Positions 51,500 through 63,448 are shown, counted from the first letter of the whole stretch. The stretch: DNA of 63,786 bases, filler included, from Octopus bimaculoides (GCF_001194135.2; 7 parts of 7 records of this genome joined end to end with filler, not necessarily neighbours in it), one strand, 5' to 3'. Program-made: numbers and translations. Notes: generated by a model from the sequence alone, not told the origin.

Positions 51500-52810
51500 G
51501 TAGACAATAACAATTTTAGGGATGCAACCATCAATGTTGGTACAATGAAAAGGAGGTCTGGTGAGATTATCAAAATCATGGAGTGTCGCCATTTCAATGT
51601 GTGTTATGTGCAAGAAGTGAGATGGAGGGCAGGGCTCTACTAGATTCCTCACGGGTAAGAAATAGAGGTTCAAATTCTTCTGGATAGGCAAGAGTGATGG
51701 AGTGGGTGGTGTGGGCATATACTCTTAGCAGAAAAGTGGGTGGATATGGTAATTGAAGTAGTCAGAATATGTGATAGGGTTATCAAGACTTATCATAGAT
51801 AAATTAACAATAACATTAATCTCTGCCTATGCTCCACAGTCTGGGCTAGCTGATGAGCAGAAGGATCAATTAATTGTATGAGGTCCTTCTGCAGACTACT
51901 TCAACGACAAATGACAAAGACTTAGTTATTGTAGCTGGTGACTTCAATGGACATGTCGGGTAGCATCCCCATGTTTTCCATGGTATGTATGGCTTTGGCC
52001 CCAGGAATGAGGAGGGAACAAAGCTACTGGAGTTCTGTAATAAAATGATCTCATGATCTGCAACACTAACTTCAGAAAACCAGCCAGCCACTTAATCACT
52101 TATCAGTCGGGTGGGAACATAAGCCAGATTGATTACTTCCTCAGCAAGTGCAAAGTCCCAGCTAAGCCGAGGGTGACATGGTGGTGGAACAAGGAGGTGG
52201 ACAGTGCTATAAAAGCAAAGAGACAGGCCTGGAAAGACTGGAAAAATGGTGGAAGCAGAGAATTGTATCAGGTAGCCAGAAGGGAAGCTAGGCAACATGT
52301 TTACATGGCAAACGGAATAGTAAAAGGTAAGAGGTTTGCCAATGTTCTACAGCATGAGAATCAGAGGCGTGAGGTGTTCAGGATTGCAAAGTAGTTTATC
52401 AGAGAGAATAGAGATGTGGTGGATAAGAAATGTGTGTGAATGGATAATAGTATGCTTGCACTTAGTGACCCCGAGAAGAAAGATGCACAGAAGTACCACT
52501 ATGAAAGGTTGTGAAATGTGAAAAATGCATGGGAGGAGAGTCTTTCAAATATCGAACCAACTGAGGGACCAGCCATCAGAGTTGATAACAGTATAATAAA
52601 TATGGCAGTTAAGGATATGAAGACAGGGAAAACCCCTGGATCATCAGGAACCACTGCTGAGATGGTTAAAATATCTGGTGGTCTATAAGGAAGTTAGGAG
52701 TAAACAGGTGAATTTAGCATACAAGTAGGGGTTCACCAGGGCTCAGTTCTTAGTCTTCTCTTATTCATCATAATCCTTCAGGCCATAATGGAGGAATTCA
52801 AAACTGCATG
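51500..52810 (+). mobile_element. RTE LINE ORF remnants (APE endonuclease, linker, part of RT) with internal deletions
   Basis: VAGDFNGHVG...ICNTNFRKPASHLITYQSGGNISQIDYFL...TWWWNKEVDSAIKAK...GVHQGSVLSLLLFIIILQAI. Confidence 0.85.
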
Positions 52811-53029
52811 CCCATGGGAACTGTGTAGTTTCAAATTGTTTGGATGTTGGTTCCTCAAATGTGTTGTACAATACCTCCATGGGGATTTCATTTCTTGTGA
52901 CTATTTTTTTCGTGAACCTTTTTTTCAGTTGGTTAATGTCTTTTATGTTCGACATTTTTTCCTTTTACCAGGAATAGCATTCTTCCAATCTGTTTAATAA
53001 TTACAGTCCTCCCATCTTTCTTTACCATC

Positions 53030-54125
53030 ATCATAATCATCATTGTTTAACGACCGTTTTCCATGCTGGCATGGGCTGGACAGTTTGACTAAGGTCTGGA
53101 GAGCCAGTGGCTGCACCAGGCTCTTTCCTAACGACAACTACTACGAGAGTGTAGTGGGTGCTTTTTACGTGCCACCGGCACACAAGCCAGTCAGGGGGTG
53201 CTGGCATCGGCAACATTTGGATGGTGCTTTTTACATGCTACCAGCACAGGAGCCAGTCAGGCAGACCTGGCATCGACCACATTCAGATGGAGCTTTTTAT
53301 GTGCCACCGGGACAGGAGCCAGTCAAGGGGCACTGGCCAGTTACGATACTGATTTTACTTGACTCAATAGGACTTCTCAACGATATCATATCGCCCAACA
53401 CATCAGGGTACTCTTAACTGGGCAGGACATGCATGGCTGTGATCTCACTTTAGTTGCCAGGTCTTCTCAATCACAGTATATCTCAAAAGGTCTCGAAATC
53501 CTGTCATTGCCTCTGTGAGGCCCAATGTTTGATGGTCATGCTTCACCACCTCATCTCATGTCTTCCTGGGTCTACCTCTTCTACAGGTTCCTTCCAAAGT
53601 TAGAGTGGCACTTCCTCACAGCTGTCCTCATCCATACGTAGCACATGATCATATCAGTGCAATCATCGCTCTTGCACACCACATTTGATGCTTCTTAGGC
53701 TCAACTTTTTCTCAGGGCGCTTACACTCTGTCGTGTATGCACACTGACATTACACATCCAGCGGATCATACTAGCTTCATTTCTTTCAAGTCTACACATG
53801 TCCTCAGCAGTCATGGCCCATGTTTCACTGCTGTGTAGCATGGCAATTCGCACACATGCAGCCTACCTTTCATCCTGAGCAAGAGGCGCTTAATTGCCAG
53901 CAGAGGTAGGAGCTCCCTGAACTTTGCCCAGGCTATTCTTATTCTAGCTGCTACACTCTCAGAGCAAACACCGCCACTACAGACTTGGTTGCCTAGGTAG
54001 CAGAAGCTATTAACTACTTCTAGTTTCTCCCCCTGGCATGTGATGGAATCTGTTTTCTGTACATCTTCAGTGTTTATTGCCCCTGTGCATCTGCAACCCA
54101 CAAAAACTATTTTCCTGGTTAACCT
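53030..54125 (-). mobile_element. RTE LINE 3' portion (RT C-terminus + 3' UTR with ~62-bp internal repeats)
   Basis: GEKLEVVNSFCYLGNQVCSGG...AWAKFRELLPLL; UTR repeats ggtgctttttacgtgccaccggcac at 53157-53330. Confidence 0.9.
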
Positions 54126-54129
54126 TTGA

Positions 54130-54690
54130 TATTGCTGCACCTTTTATGGAGCTTCTGCCCACACCTATCTGACCTATCTGAATTTCAATGTGACTTCCGA
54201 TCTGGTAGCGGGACAATGGATATGATTTTCACAGCAAGACAGATGCAAGAGAAATGCTATGAGCAGAATATGGATCTTGTTCTGGTATTCATTGCTTTAA
54301 CAGAGGCCTTTCATACTGTGAAAGAGCTTTGCTATGGAAAATACTTGGCAAACTTGGGTATCTGGATCACTTTGTATCTGTAATTAAATCATTTCATGAT
54401 GGGATGGACGCTTGGATGGACAATGTTGGTGGCGGCATGGCAAGACCCATCCCTGAAGAGAATGGTGTCAAACAGGGTGACATCCTTGCCCCAACTCTCT
54501 TTTCTTTGTACTTTGCTACTACTTTTACTTAGGTTAGCTCTCTGGGAATATATGCCAGGTATTGATCTTCTGGCCGCCTCTTTAATCTGTGTCAATTTGC
54601 TACCAATTCAAAAGTTTTCCACTCTCTTATTCGTGACCTCCTTTATGCAGATAACTGCAACTTAGTCACTCACACAATGGATGACATGCA
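54130..54690 (+). mobile_element. RTE-BovB-like LINE RT fragment
   Basis: QCDFRSGSGTMDMIFTARQMQEKCYEQN...LWKILGKLG...VIKSFHDGM...GVKQGDILAPTLFSLYFA. Confidence 0.85.
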
Positions 54691-54719
54691 AATACTTATG
54701 AATCATGTATATATATATA

Positions 54720-54950
54720 CTTTCCATGCTAGCATGGGTTGGACGATTTGACTGAGGACTGGTGAAACCAGATGGCTACACCAGGCTCTAATCTGATTTG
54801 GCAGAGTTTCTACAGCTGGATGCCCTTCCTAACGACAACCACTTAGAGAGTGTAGTGGGTACTTTAACGTGCCACCATCATGAAGGCCAGTCAGCCAGTA
54901 CTGGCAACGGCCATGCTCGAAATGGTGTATTTTATGTGCCTCCCGCACAA
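54720..54950 (-). mobile_element. RTE-tail element
   Basis: tttccatgctagcatgggttggacgatttgactgagg...ggatgcccttcctaacg. Confidence 0.8.
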
Positions 54951-54959
54951 ATATATAAA

Positions 54960-55092
54960 TATCGGAGTGGTTGGCGTTGAGAAGGGCATCCAGCTGCGGA
55001 GGCTCTGCCAAATCAGATTGGAGCCTGGTGCAGCTATCTGGCGCCAGTCCTCAGTCAAACCGTCCAACCTATGCCGGCATGGAAAGCAGACG
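54960..55092 (+). mobile_element. RTE-tail element, opposite orientation to its neighbour
   Basis: gaagggcatccagctg...ggaaagcagacgttaaacgatgatgatgat. Confidence 0.8.
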
Positions 55093-55277
55093 TTAAACGA
55101 TGATGATGATGATATACATGTAAATATTTGTGCCGGTGGCACGCGAAAAAACATCTGAGTGAGGTCATTGCCAGTGCTGCTGTATTTCGCACGTAAAAAA
55201 CACCATTTGAATATGGCCATAGCCAGCACCGCCTGACTGGCCCTCGTGCCGGTGACACGTAAAAGCACCCACTACAC

Positions 55278-55377
55278 NNNNNNNNNNNNNNNNNNNNNNN
55301 NNNNNNNNNNNNNNNNNNNNNTTAATTAATTAANNNNNNNNNNNNNNNNNNNNNNNNNNNNNNNNNNNNNNNNNNNN
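55278..55377. other. Assembly pad 4
   Basis: 44 N + TTAATTAATTAA + 44 N. Confidence 0.95.
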
Positions 55378-55975
55378 ATATACATATACATACATATATA
55401 CACATATATGCATACATATATATACACACATACATACATATATACAGATATGAATATATACATACATATGTGCATGTATATATATATACATACATACATA
55501 CACACACACAAACATGTATATAAATACATAGTGAAACTATTAAAACTGAAAGTATTATCTCACATTACAATGTTATTGTTTCACTTTTGACATGTAAGAC
55601 TGAAAAAGTGTAAGAGATAAGAGATTACTCCTGGCTCGCATTGGGCAAGAAGTTGAAAATGTTTTGGCCTATGACATTGCATGTACCCTAAATAAGGCAT
55701 ATGTAAAAGTTGAATGAAATCAGTTGGGTAGTTCTCGTGTTTTAGTGATACACACATACAGACAAATATTCTCAGTTTTATATATATATATATATATATA
55801 TAAATTATACAGACACTATCACATTTTCATCCACACCCATACAGATATTAACACACGCTCTGCCTCATATAGAAGCAGAGTGAAGCAGAGTTTGAGAGAG
55901 AGATGGAAGAAATTAATTAAATATTTAGAGAGTTAGTGTCAATGAAAGTGTATTAACAACACTGATCCCACTTAC

Positions 55976-56047
55976 AATGCTCTTAAACTGGGAAGATTTT
56001 CGAAAGTTCGTTCTCCAATGCTCGGGATTTTATTATGTTCAAGGTAC
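55976..56047 (-). CDS. 72-nt LRR exon (third in transcription order) of an extracellular LRR protein
   Basis: ttttatgttgcAG / TT|GTAAGT; phase 2-2; (L)YLEHNKIPSIGERTFENLPSLRA(L) fits LxLxxNxIxxIxxxxFxxLxxLxxL. Confidence 0.9.
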
Positions 56048-56391
56048 CTGCAACATAAAATGGAGTTGAAAAGAACTTGTATAGAACAGGTTCGTGATAA
56101 TGTATATCATTTTGTCAAAACAATTAAATGGATGAATAACAGATGTAGAAGGAAGCAAGAAGTACAAAAGGAGAAAGAGGAAGAGGAAGGAAGAGAATGA
56201 GGAAGATAAGAAAAAGTAAAACAAGTAAAAAGAGAAGAATAAAAAGACAGAAAAAAGAAAGAAAAATGACAGAAAAATAAATGGGGTGAATTAGAAAACT
56301 GTGCAAAGTGGTTGTAGAAGGGAAGCAAAAAGGACAAGAAAATAATGCAGACAAGAAGAAGAAGAAGATAGAGGATCGAGAGGAGAGGAAA

Positions 56392-56493
56392 ACGGGGAGG
56401 AGAGGAATACGGGGAGGAGAGGAATACGGGGAGGAGAGGAATACGGGGAGGAGAGGAATACGGGGAGGAGAGGAATACGGGGAGGAGAGGAAT
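56392..56493. repeat. 17-bp tandem repeat (acggggaggagaggaat) x6
   Basis: Perfect units seen directly. Confidence 0.95.
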
Positions 56494-56719
56494 GGAGATG
56501 CATTAGAAAAAACTACGAAAGCAAGAACCAGAATGGGAAAGAAAGGAGAAGTAGAAAAAAGGAAAAGAAAAAGAATAAGAAAAGGCAGAAGACTGAAAAG
56601 TGAATAAGCTGTTGATAAAGAAGCAATGAGTGAATATTAATAAGAAGGATAAAAAGAATATAAAATTGAAAACTACTGTCACAAGTACAAATATTTATAT
56701 GTGCACAGTGCTGCCACTG

Positions 56720-59520
56720 AACAACATGATGGGATTAAATCCCGTTCCAATCTCCTATTTCTGAATGCCCAAAGTTTATGCAACAAGATACACCTTTTTG
56801 ATTCCTAAATCAAAAGTATTGACCCCGATTTCATCACAGTCACAGAAAAATGGGCACACTGTGATGGTAATTTTAGCATAATTGGTTACAGCTTGTTTCA
56901 CAAAGACCATGCTAATCATGGTGGAGTTGGCATAATAATCTATATTTGGTCAAACTTTTCAATAATTCCTTGTGATGATCTGAATAAATCACAACACAAG
57001 GCACTCTTTTCGAACTATGCATTAACATGTCAGCACTGATACTTGGAGTTGTCTATCGCCCATCAAATTACCATCAAGGCGCACAACTTTTGAAATTCTC
57101 AGGGCTGCATCTAGGAAATTATTTTTTCATTGCTGGTGACTTCAACTACCCTGAAATTGATTGGGCAAATTTACGTTGGCTGCAAAGCACAGGCGATTTC
57201 CTTGCTGTAGTGCTGGATGCAAACGAGTACCAAGTCGTCACCTCCCCCACAAGAGGTAACAACACTTTGGACCTGTTCTTTACCACCACTCCTGAAACTG
57301 TTATCAGAGTTACTACCAAGGAACCTCTAGGCAACTCCGAACATGTTATGATCATTGCCAATGTGTCCCTTATAGGCAGAAACAAGAAACACCACCACCT
57401 CCAAACCACTCACTTTGACTAAACACAGCAGACTGTAACTATTGCCGTAATGTGTTACGACGCCCAAACTAGTTTGAATTTTACGAGTTCAGGGACGTCA
57501 AAACTGTTTTTCAGAATATCCACAGTACAATCTGGGCTGCATGTGAAGCATCAGTACTACGCAAACATTCTAAAAATAAAAAAGTGCAATTTGGGAGACA
57601 GCTTAGAAGAGATGAAATATAGACAGCTTAGAAGAGATGAAATATAGACAGCTTAGAAGAGATGAAATATAGACAGCTTAGAGCAAAAGATGCAATTAAT
57701 CATCCAACCATCTCAAGCAAATGACAAAAAAGGCAGTACTTGAGTTTGGACAATGTATAACAACCAGCCCTGACAGCAAAGTGTTCTGGAAATATGCACG
57801 TTCGAAGCAGGGATCTCACTCTCCAGTTGGTCTTCTTTACAACCACCACACAGATCGGATCACTGATGACCCCAAGGAATGTGCCGTGCTTATTGCTGAA
57901 TGCTGTGTTAGCATTTTTACTGTTGAAAATTCAAATGTACCTTCTTCACCAACTCTGAGAGCAAATTCCAAAACATCTGTGAAATTCACATGCGCAATGC
58001 TTTGATCACACCTCAAGAATAAGTGCAACTATGCCTTTCTTGGTCTTGATGGTGTTGCTTATTTGCTTCTCAAATGTGGTGGGTTCTTTCTTTTACACCA
58101 GCTTTCATTCTTCTTTCAATTTTGCCTTGACAACTGGAAAATTGGAAAATTGCCAGTGCTGTTCCCCTTTTTAAAAAAAGTGGTCACACATCATCTGTTA
58201 ACTACCGTCCAGTCTGACACAGGACTCCATTACCAAACTGATAGAGTCTTGTGTTAGAGAAAGACTCTGGAACGTTTGGAGCTCTCACAGCCTTATTCGA
58301 CCCCAACAATTAGGATTTCTCCTTAACTCCAGCTGCTGTAGTCAACTCAAGTTTCTTGGCATCACCCAAGTTACTGATGGCAGCTCATGGGTGGATGTTA
58401 TTTACTTTGACTTCGCTAAAGCCTTCAATTCTGTTCCACACAAACAGCACATGGCAAAACTTTCTGCAATAGGTGTGAAAGATGATCTCTATAACTGACT
58501 GAAGTCCTTCATTCTCAGTCAGAAAGATGTATTCACAGTTCTAGGAAATTATTCTTCACTCTACAAGATGACCTCTGGTGTACAACAGGGATATGTACTT
58601 GAAACCCTACTATTTGTTGCATATATTAATAACATAGGTGCCAACTTGAGAAATGTTTTAGTGTTGAAATATGCAGATGACATCAAGCTGTACCTCAAAA
58701 TAAAAAGAACAGACCCTATGCGTCGACACAAAGCAACAATGGATCTCTGACTGGCTACTCAAGCTAGTTGTGGACAAGTGCATCACCATACATTTTGGGA
58801 GGAAAAACTCAACCATTACATACTTCTTCAACAACACCAATCTAAAGAAGTCTTCTGGTGAGCATGGTCCGGGTATTATTGTAAACAGCGATCTGCGTTA
58901 GACAAACCACATCTCTAAGATTGTCAAGAAGGCTGAGGGTGTCCTAGCATTACTTAGTAAGACCTTTGTCAGCCACTCTCCAGCTATCTATTTAAAATTG
59001 TATATGACAATGGTATATCCATATTTAGAATTTTCATCGCCAGTCTAGGACCCCTATCTTGCTCAGCATATAAATCTCCAGGGAAACTGTTCAGAAACAT
59101 GCAACAAAATGAATACCCGTTGTCAGGCATCTACCATACTCTGAACGTCTTGCTTCCCTGGGCATGGACACATTGAAGCTCAGACGTCTGGCAACTAACT
59201 TGGTAGACACCTACAAGATTATCCACCATCTTTCCAACAACAACCTTGAATCCTTTTTTTGAATTCCATATATCAAACGCGCCTGGACATGCTCACAAAA
59301 TCAAAAAACAACACAGCACCCATGACTTTGGAAGCATTTTTTCATGCTCAGAATTGTTGAAGCATGGAATAAACTACCCACATCAGCTGGTAGCTGTTGA
59401 AACACTACATCCTTCAAAACTTCCATGCTTCCTGAAATCCACCAACAATACATCTGATGGCATTTTTCGTAGTTCTAGTGCACCAGAGCACTGTATACAA
59501 CAATTTCTTTCATATAAGAT
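56720..59520 (+). mobile_element. CR1-group LINE ORF2 (APE + RT), decayed, in the LRR-gene intron
   Basis: LLFLNAQSLCNK...ILGVVYRPSN...IAGDFNYPEIDW...TSPTRGNNTLDLFFTT...VIYFDFAKAFNSVPH...SGVQQGYVLETLLF...KYADDIKLY; (ATAC)-type tail. Confidence 0.9.
57596..57682. repeat. 25-bp tandem repeat x3.5 inside CR1 ORF2
   Basis: agacagcttagaagagatgaaatat repeated perfectly. Confidence 0.95.
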
Positions 59521-59716
59521 ACATACCTGCATACACACACATATGTAACCAACATCACATTCACACACATATTCACTTGTATGCACATTCACATACTCTC
59601 AACGCACATATAGAGAGAAAGTGAGAGGTTTCGAGAGAGATAAAAATGAAAAGGAAGGCATCATGAATTTAGAAATATATCGTCAATGGAATAGTATCAA
59701 CATTGTTCAGACTTAC

Positions 59717-59788
59717 AAATGTTTTAAGTTTGGAAGGTTTTGGAAGGATCCATCTTCAATAACCATAATATCATTATTACTCATATAT
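59717..59788 (-). CDS. 72-nt LRR exon (second in transcription order)
   Basis: tttttggttacAG / TT|GTAAGT; phase 2-2; (L)YMSNNDIMVIEDGSFQNLPNLKH(L). Confidence 0.9.
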
Positions 59789-59951
59789 CTGTAACCAAAA
59801 AAGAGTATGTATAGTTTTGATGAAGGGAGAGAAGAAACCAAAATAAAAGACAGGGAAGAGAAGAGAAAATTGGTGATAAGGGATATCAAAAAGAAGTAGA
59901 AAGGTAAATTGAACAAAGATGAAGAATAAGAGAAGAGAACAAAGGAAAAGT

Positions 59952-60046
59952 GAAGAAGAAGAAGAAGAAGAAGAAGAAGAAGAAGAAGAAGAAGAAGAAG
60001 AAGAAGAAGAAGAAGAAGAAGAAGAAGAAGAAGAAGAAGAAGAAGA
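59952..60046. repeat. (GAA)n microsatellite
   Basis: Seen directly; a second long (GAA)n/(CAA)n tract lies at ~60640-60750. Confidence 0.95.
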
Positions 60047-60371
60047 AAGAATGGTAGTAGTTTGCAAAAGGACAATGAGAGAAAAAGAAGCAATGGAAGA
60101 AGATAAATGAGAATGAGAAGAAAAAGAATATAAATTAAATAGTCACAAATACACACAGACCCAAATGTGTTTATGCACATACATACACAAAATTTCACAC
60201 ATCCAAACACACTCACATTCACAGTCACACTCAGATTCACACGTACTTACATACACACATATTCATACACTCATACAGTGATATACTGTGGAAAGGTAAA
60301 TAGAGAGAAAAAAGTAGGATGCAAAGGTATTAAATAATTAGAAATATATTGTCAATGAAAGAGTATCTTAC

Positions 60372-60443
60372 AATTGCTGTAAAACTGTGAGATCTTTGAA
60401 AGCCCCTGCTCTAATAGTCGTGATTTTATTATACTTTATATAT
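60372..60443 (-). CDS. 72-nt LRR exon (first in transcription order within the window)
   Basis: cttttgtcttacAG / TT|GTAAGA; phase 2-2; (L)YIKYNKITTIRAGAFKDLTVLQQ(L). Confidence 0.9.
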
Positions 60444-60722
60444 CTGTAAGACAAAAGTGAGCTGATAAACATTTATACAGAGCAAATTAGTGATATTAGA
60501 TATTGTGGCTAAACAATGATATGAAGGAAGAGAAATAAAAGAAGTTGATAACGACGATGATGATGACAATGTTAATGAAAACGATGATAATGATAACTCC
60601 TGAATGAAAGACGGTACAGAAGAAAGTGCAGGCAAGTAAAGAAGAAGAAGAAGAAGAAGAAGAAGAAGAAGAAGAAGAAGAAGAAGAAGAAGAAGAAGAA
60701 GAAGAAGAAGAAGAAGAAGAAG

Positions 60723-60753
<31 letters not shown>

Positions 60754-61007
60754 AAGAGAAGAAAGAGGAAAAAGGAGGAGACGAAGAATAAAAAGGGGAA
60801 AAAGATGATGTGGGATAAAAATTTTGAAGTTAACGCAAACAAAAAAAGAGAAAAGAAGAAAGGGAAAGAAGTAAAATGGGAAGTAGAAGAAATGAAAAGA
60901 TTCAATAAAATCTGGCAGAAAAGAAGAGTAATTACAAGACAGATAAAGAGAAATTGAGGAAAATTCGAAAAAGTAAAAGAAAGCAAATAATAATAATAAT
61001 AATAATA

Positions 61008-61107
61008 NNNNNNNNNNNNNNNNNNNNNNNNNNNNNNNNNNNNNNNNNNNNTTAATTAATTAANNNNNNNNNNNNNNNNNNNNNNNNNNNNNNNNNNNNN
61101 NNNNNNN
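61008..61107. other. Assembly pad 5
   Basis: 44 N + TTAATTAATTAA + 44 N. Confidence 0.95.
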
Positions 61108-61540
61108 CTCTTGCTCGATGAGGTCGGGGTCATCCCAAGTTAGCAGTCTCAGAGGTATCATCGCGTGTAGACTCGAGCAGGTCCACCACTACCACTCCCC
61201 CGTTGCTGGCCGTCCCATATCAGCCCCTCAGCATCTCCCAAGGTGGCATCGAACCTCTGGAGTGGGGCTTTCCATGAGGCCACCCACCCGCAGCTACTGC
61301 GTCAAATGAGAATAAAACCCTGGTAGGATGATCTGTCCGGAGGCAGAGGACATGTCCGAACCAGCACATGTAGTGGATGGACATGAGACGGTAGGCTGTG
61401 GGCTGATGTGTGCGCGGATACAGCTCTTCGTTGGAAATATGATGTTACCATTTGACGATTTCGATGATCCTCAGGGCTTTACTGTCGAGGCGTCGATCCA
61501 CTTTACTAGGGTCTTCTTGAGGACCCACATTTCTGCTCCA
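61108..61540 (-). mobile_element. RTE-clade LINE C-terminus (third RTE family), decayed
   Basis: GAEMWVLKK...DSKALRIIEIVKW*HHISNEELY...WFGHVLCL...HPTR. Confidence 0.75.
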
Positions 61541-61548
61541 TACATACA

Positions 61549-61580
<32 letters not shown>

Positions 61581-62280
61581 CACGTCCATACGCACGCAAG
61601 CACACAATAACACTCGTCCACACTTGCCCCCATTCACACATACACACTCACACGCACTATTCTCACATACACACTCGCGCTTGCGCACCTTAGTTCGTTG
61701 GGGGTCACTGTTACCTTTATTATTATTGAGTAAGAGAGCAGGGCATGCCATCAAAGTGGCTCTGGGGTAAAATATACAAAGTCCATTATACCCATCATGA
61801 CTACCCGTCTGATAAGGGTATACCAAGCACATGCATCATAACCATATATGCGTGACATGGTGATCTCATATCAAGATTAACAGCGCATGACCTCGCAGGT
61901 GGGGTGCAGTTGGAATTTTCTTCAGGTCGATAGCGTATCCCACTCAAAATAAGGATATTGAACGAAGTACTCATGTTTCCAGAGGTGAATTATCCAAACC
62001 CCAAAGAATTCCTCTCAACACATGGCTATGATTCTCCCCTACTACTTCTGCTCGTGATCAGAGATACACATATCGTCATATTAACTATAATTATAACGAT
62101 CAAGACATACTCAATTGGTTAAAATCAAACAGCTGACAAGCAAATCTGTGGTATTGAGCAGAATATTTGCTGTAGCTCATCTTTTATACCAAGACAAAAC
62201 ATTGTACATGATAACACTGCCAATCATTTTAGATGAGGAGCCATGAAAGCCACAGTCTGGTACTGCATCAGGGCATTTAC

Positions 62281-62316
<36 letters not shown>

Positions 62317-62467
62317 CATTATTATTATTATTATTATTATCATTATTATCATTTCCCTTTCATCCAACTTCTTTTTTCCAGTCATCTCTCTATTTTGGAC
62401 CGTTGAACTCTGTATATTTTTCTCTCTCCGTTTTTTCCATTCACTCTCCTTTTTTTCCCTCTTAATC

Positions 62468-62503
62468 CATTCTGTCGAAAAGCGTAGGCTCGAAACGTGA
62501 ATG
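62468..62503 (+). ncRNA. Degenerate minimal hammerhead-like motif
   Basis: CATT-CTGTCGA-A-AAGC-GTAG-GCTC-GAAA-CGTG-AATG; stem I CATT/AATG; core A6 and the cleavage-site base are non-canonical. Confidence 0.5.
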
Positions 62504-62614
62504 ACTTTTCCATTCTTCCCGTGTATTAAACTAATACTATGTATGTATGTATGTATGTATGTATGTATGTATGTATGTATGTATGTATGTATGTATGTAT
62601 GTATGTATGTATGT

Positions 62615-62714
62615 NNNNNNNNNNNNNNNNNNNNNNNNNNNNNNNNNNNNNNNNNNNNTTAATTAATTAANNNNNNNNNNNNNNNNNNNNNNNNNNNNNN
62701 NNNNNNNNNNNNNN
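62615..62714. other. Assembly pad 6
   Basis: 44 N + TTAATTAATTAA + 44 N. Confidence 0.95.
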
Positions 62715-62879
62715 GGGGGGGGGAGAGAAAGAAAAGATAGTTGAAAGAACAATTGGAAAGAAGAAGAAAAAAGACAAAAAAGAAACATATTTGGAGAACA
62801 TTTAAAGAAAATAAAAGAAGCGGTGGACTGCTCAAAATTTTGAATATTTATTACATATATATTCTGTCCTACTCTAGGC

Positions 62880-63080
62880 ACAAAACCCGAAATTTTGGGG
62901 GAGGGGGCCAGTCGATTATATCGATCCCAGTACGCAACTGGCACTTAATTTATCGACCCCGAAAGGATGAAAGTCAAAGTCAACTTTGGCGGAATTTGAA
63001 CTCAAAACGTAAAGACAGATGAAACACCACTCAGCATTTCGCCCGGCGTGCTAACTATTCTGCCAACTGGCCGCCTTATA
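62880..63080 (-). mobile_element. SINE family B (Meta-domain-like)
   Basis: Homologous to 10382-10590 (cgaccccgaaaggatgaaag...ggcggaatttgaactca...gcatttcgcccggcgtgcta). Confidence 0.85.
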
Positions 63081-63237
63081 TTACATATATATTAATTGAT
63101 GGTGGGGACAGCGAATCTTGTTATACAGCTATAATATACCACCAAGTATATTAAACGCTTATAAATTAATACTGCGTCCTACCCGTGTTAGCAATGCGAT
63201 TCAATCACTTTTTAAAGTTACCCCCACAGATTTTCTA

Positions 63238-63317
63238 TTGAAACTACAGACAGCACCTCAAGTTACGACGTTCTGTATCCGAAACGCCGCAACTTGAGGT
63301 GCTATCTCTAGTTTCTA
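63238..63317 (-). other. 80-nt near-perfect hairpin (pre-miRNA-like or mini-MITE)
   Basis: ~33-bp stem, 10-nt loop; on the minus strand three transitions form G-U pairs and one G-G mismatch remains. Confidence 0.5.
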
Positions 63318-63347
63318 TCTAAAATTTGAACAGATAACTGCAAAAAG

Positions 63348-63398
<51 letters not shown>

Positions 63399-63448
63399 CG
63401 TTTATATATTTATTAGCTAACTGAAACTGGTAACATGACCATCCATAA

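Noticed and set aside
48028-60443. A single LRR-Myb fusion gene on the minus strand
   Set aside because: Phases are formally compatible, but an assembly pad (55278-55377) separates them and the domain combination is implausible; adjacency is unverified.
61720-62340. Element ending in a long (ATT)n tail that I recall as an abundant octopus repeat
   Set aside because: Single copy in the window with no diagnostic ORF or termini, so it cannot be classified from the sequence alone.
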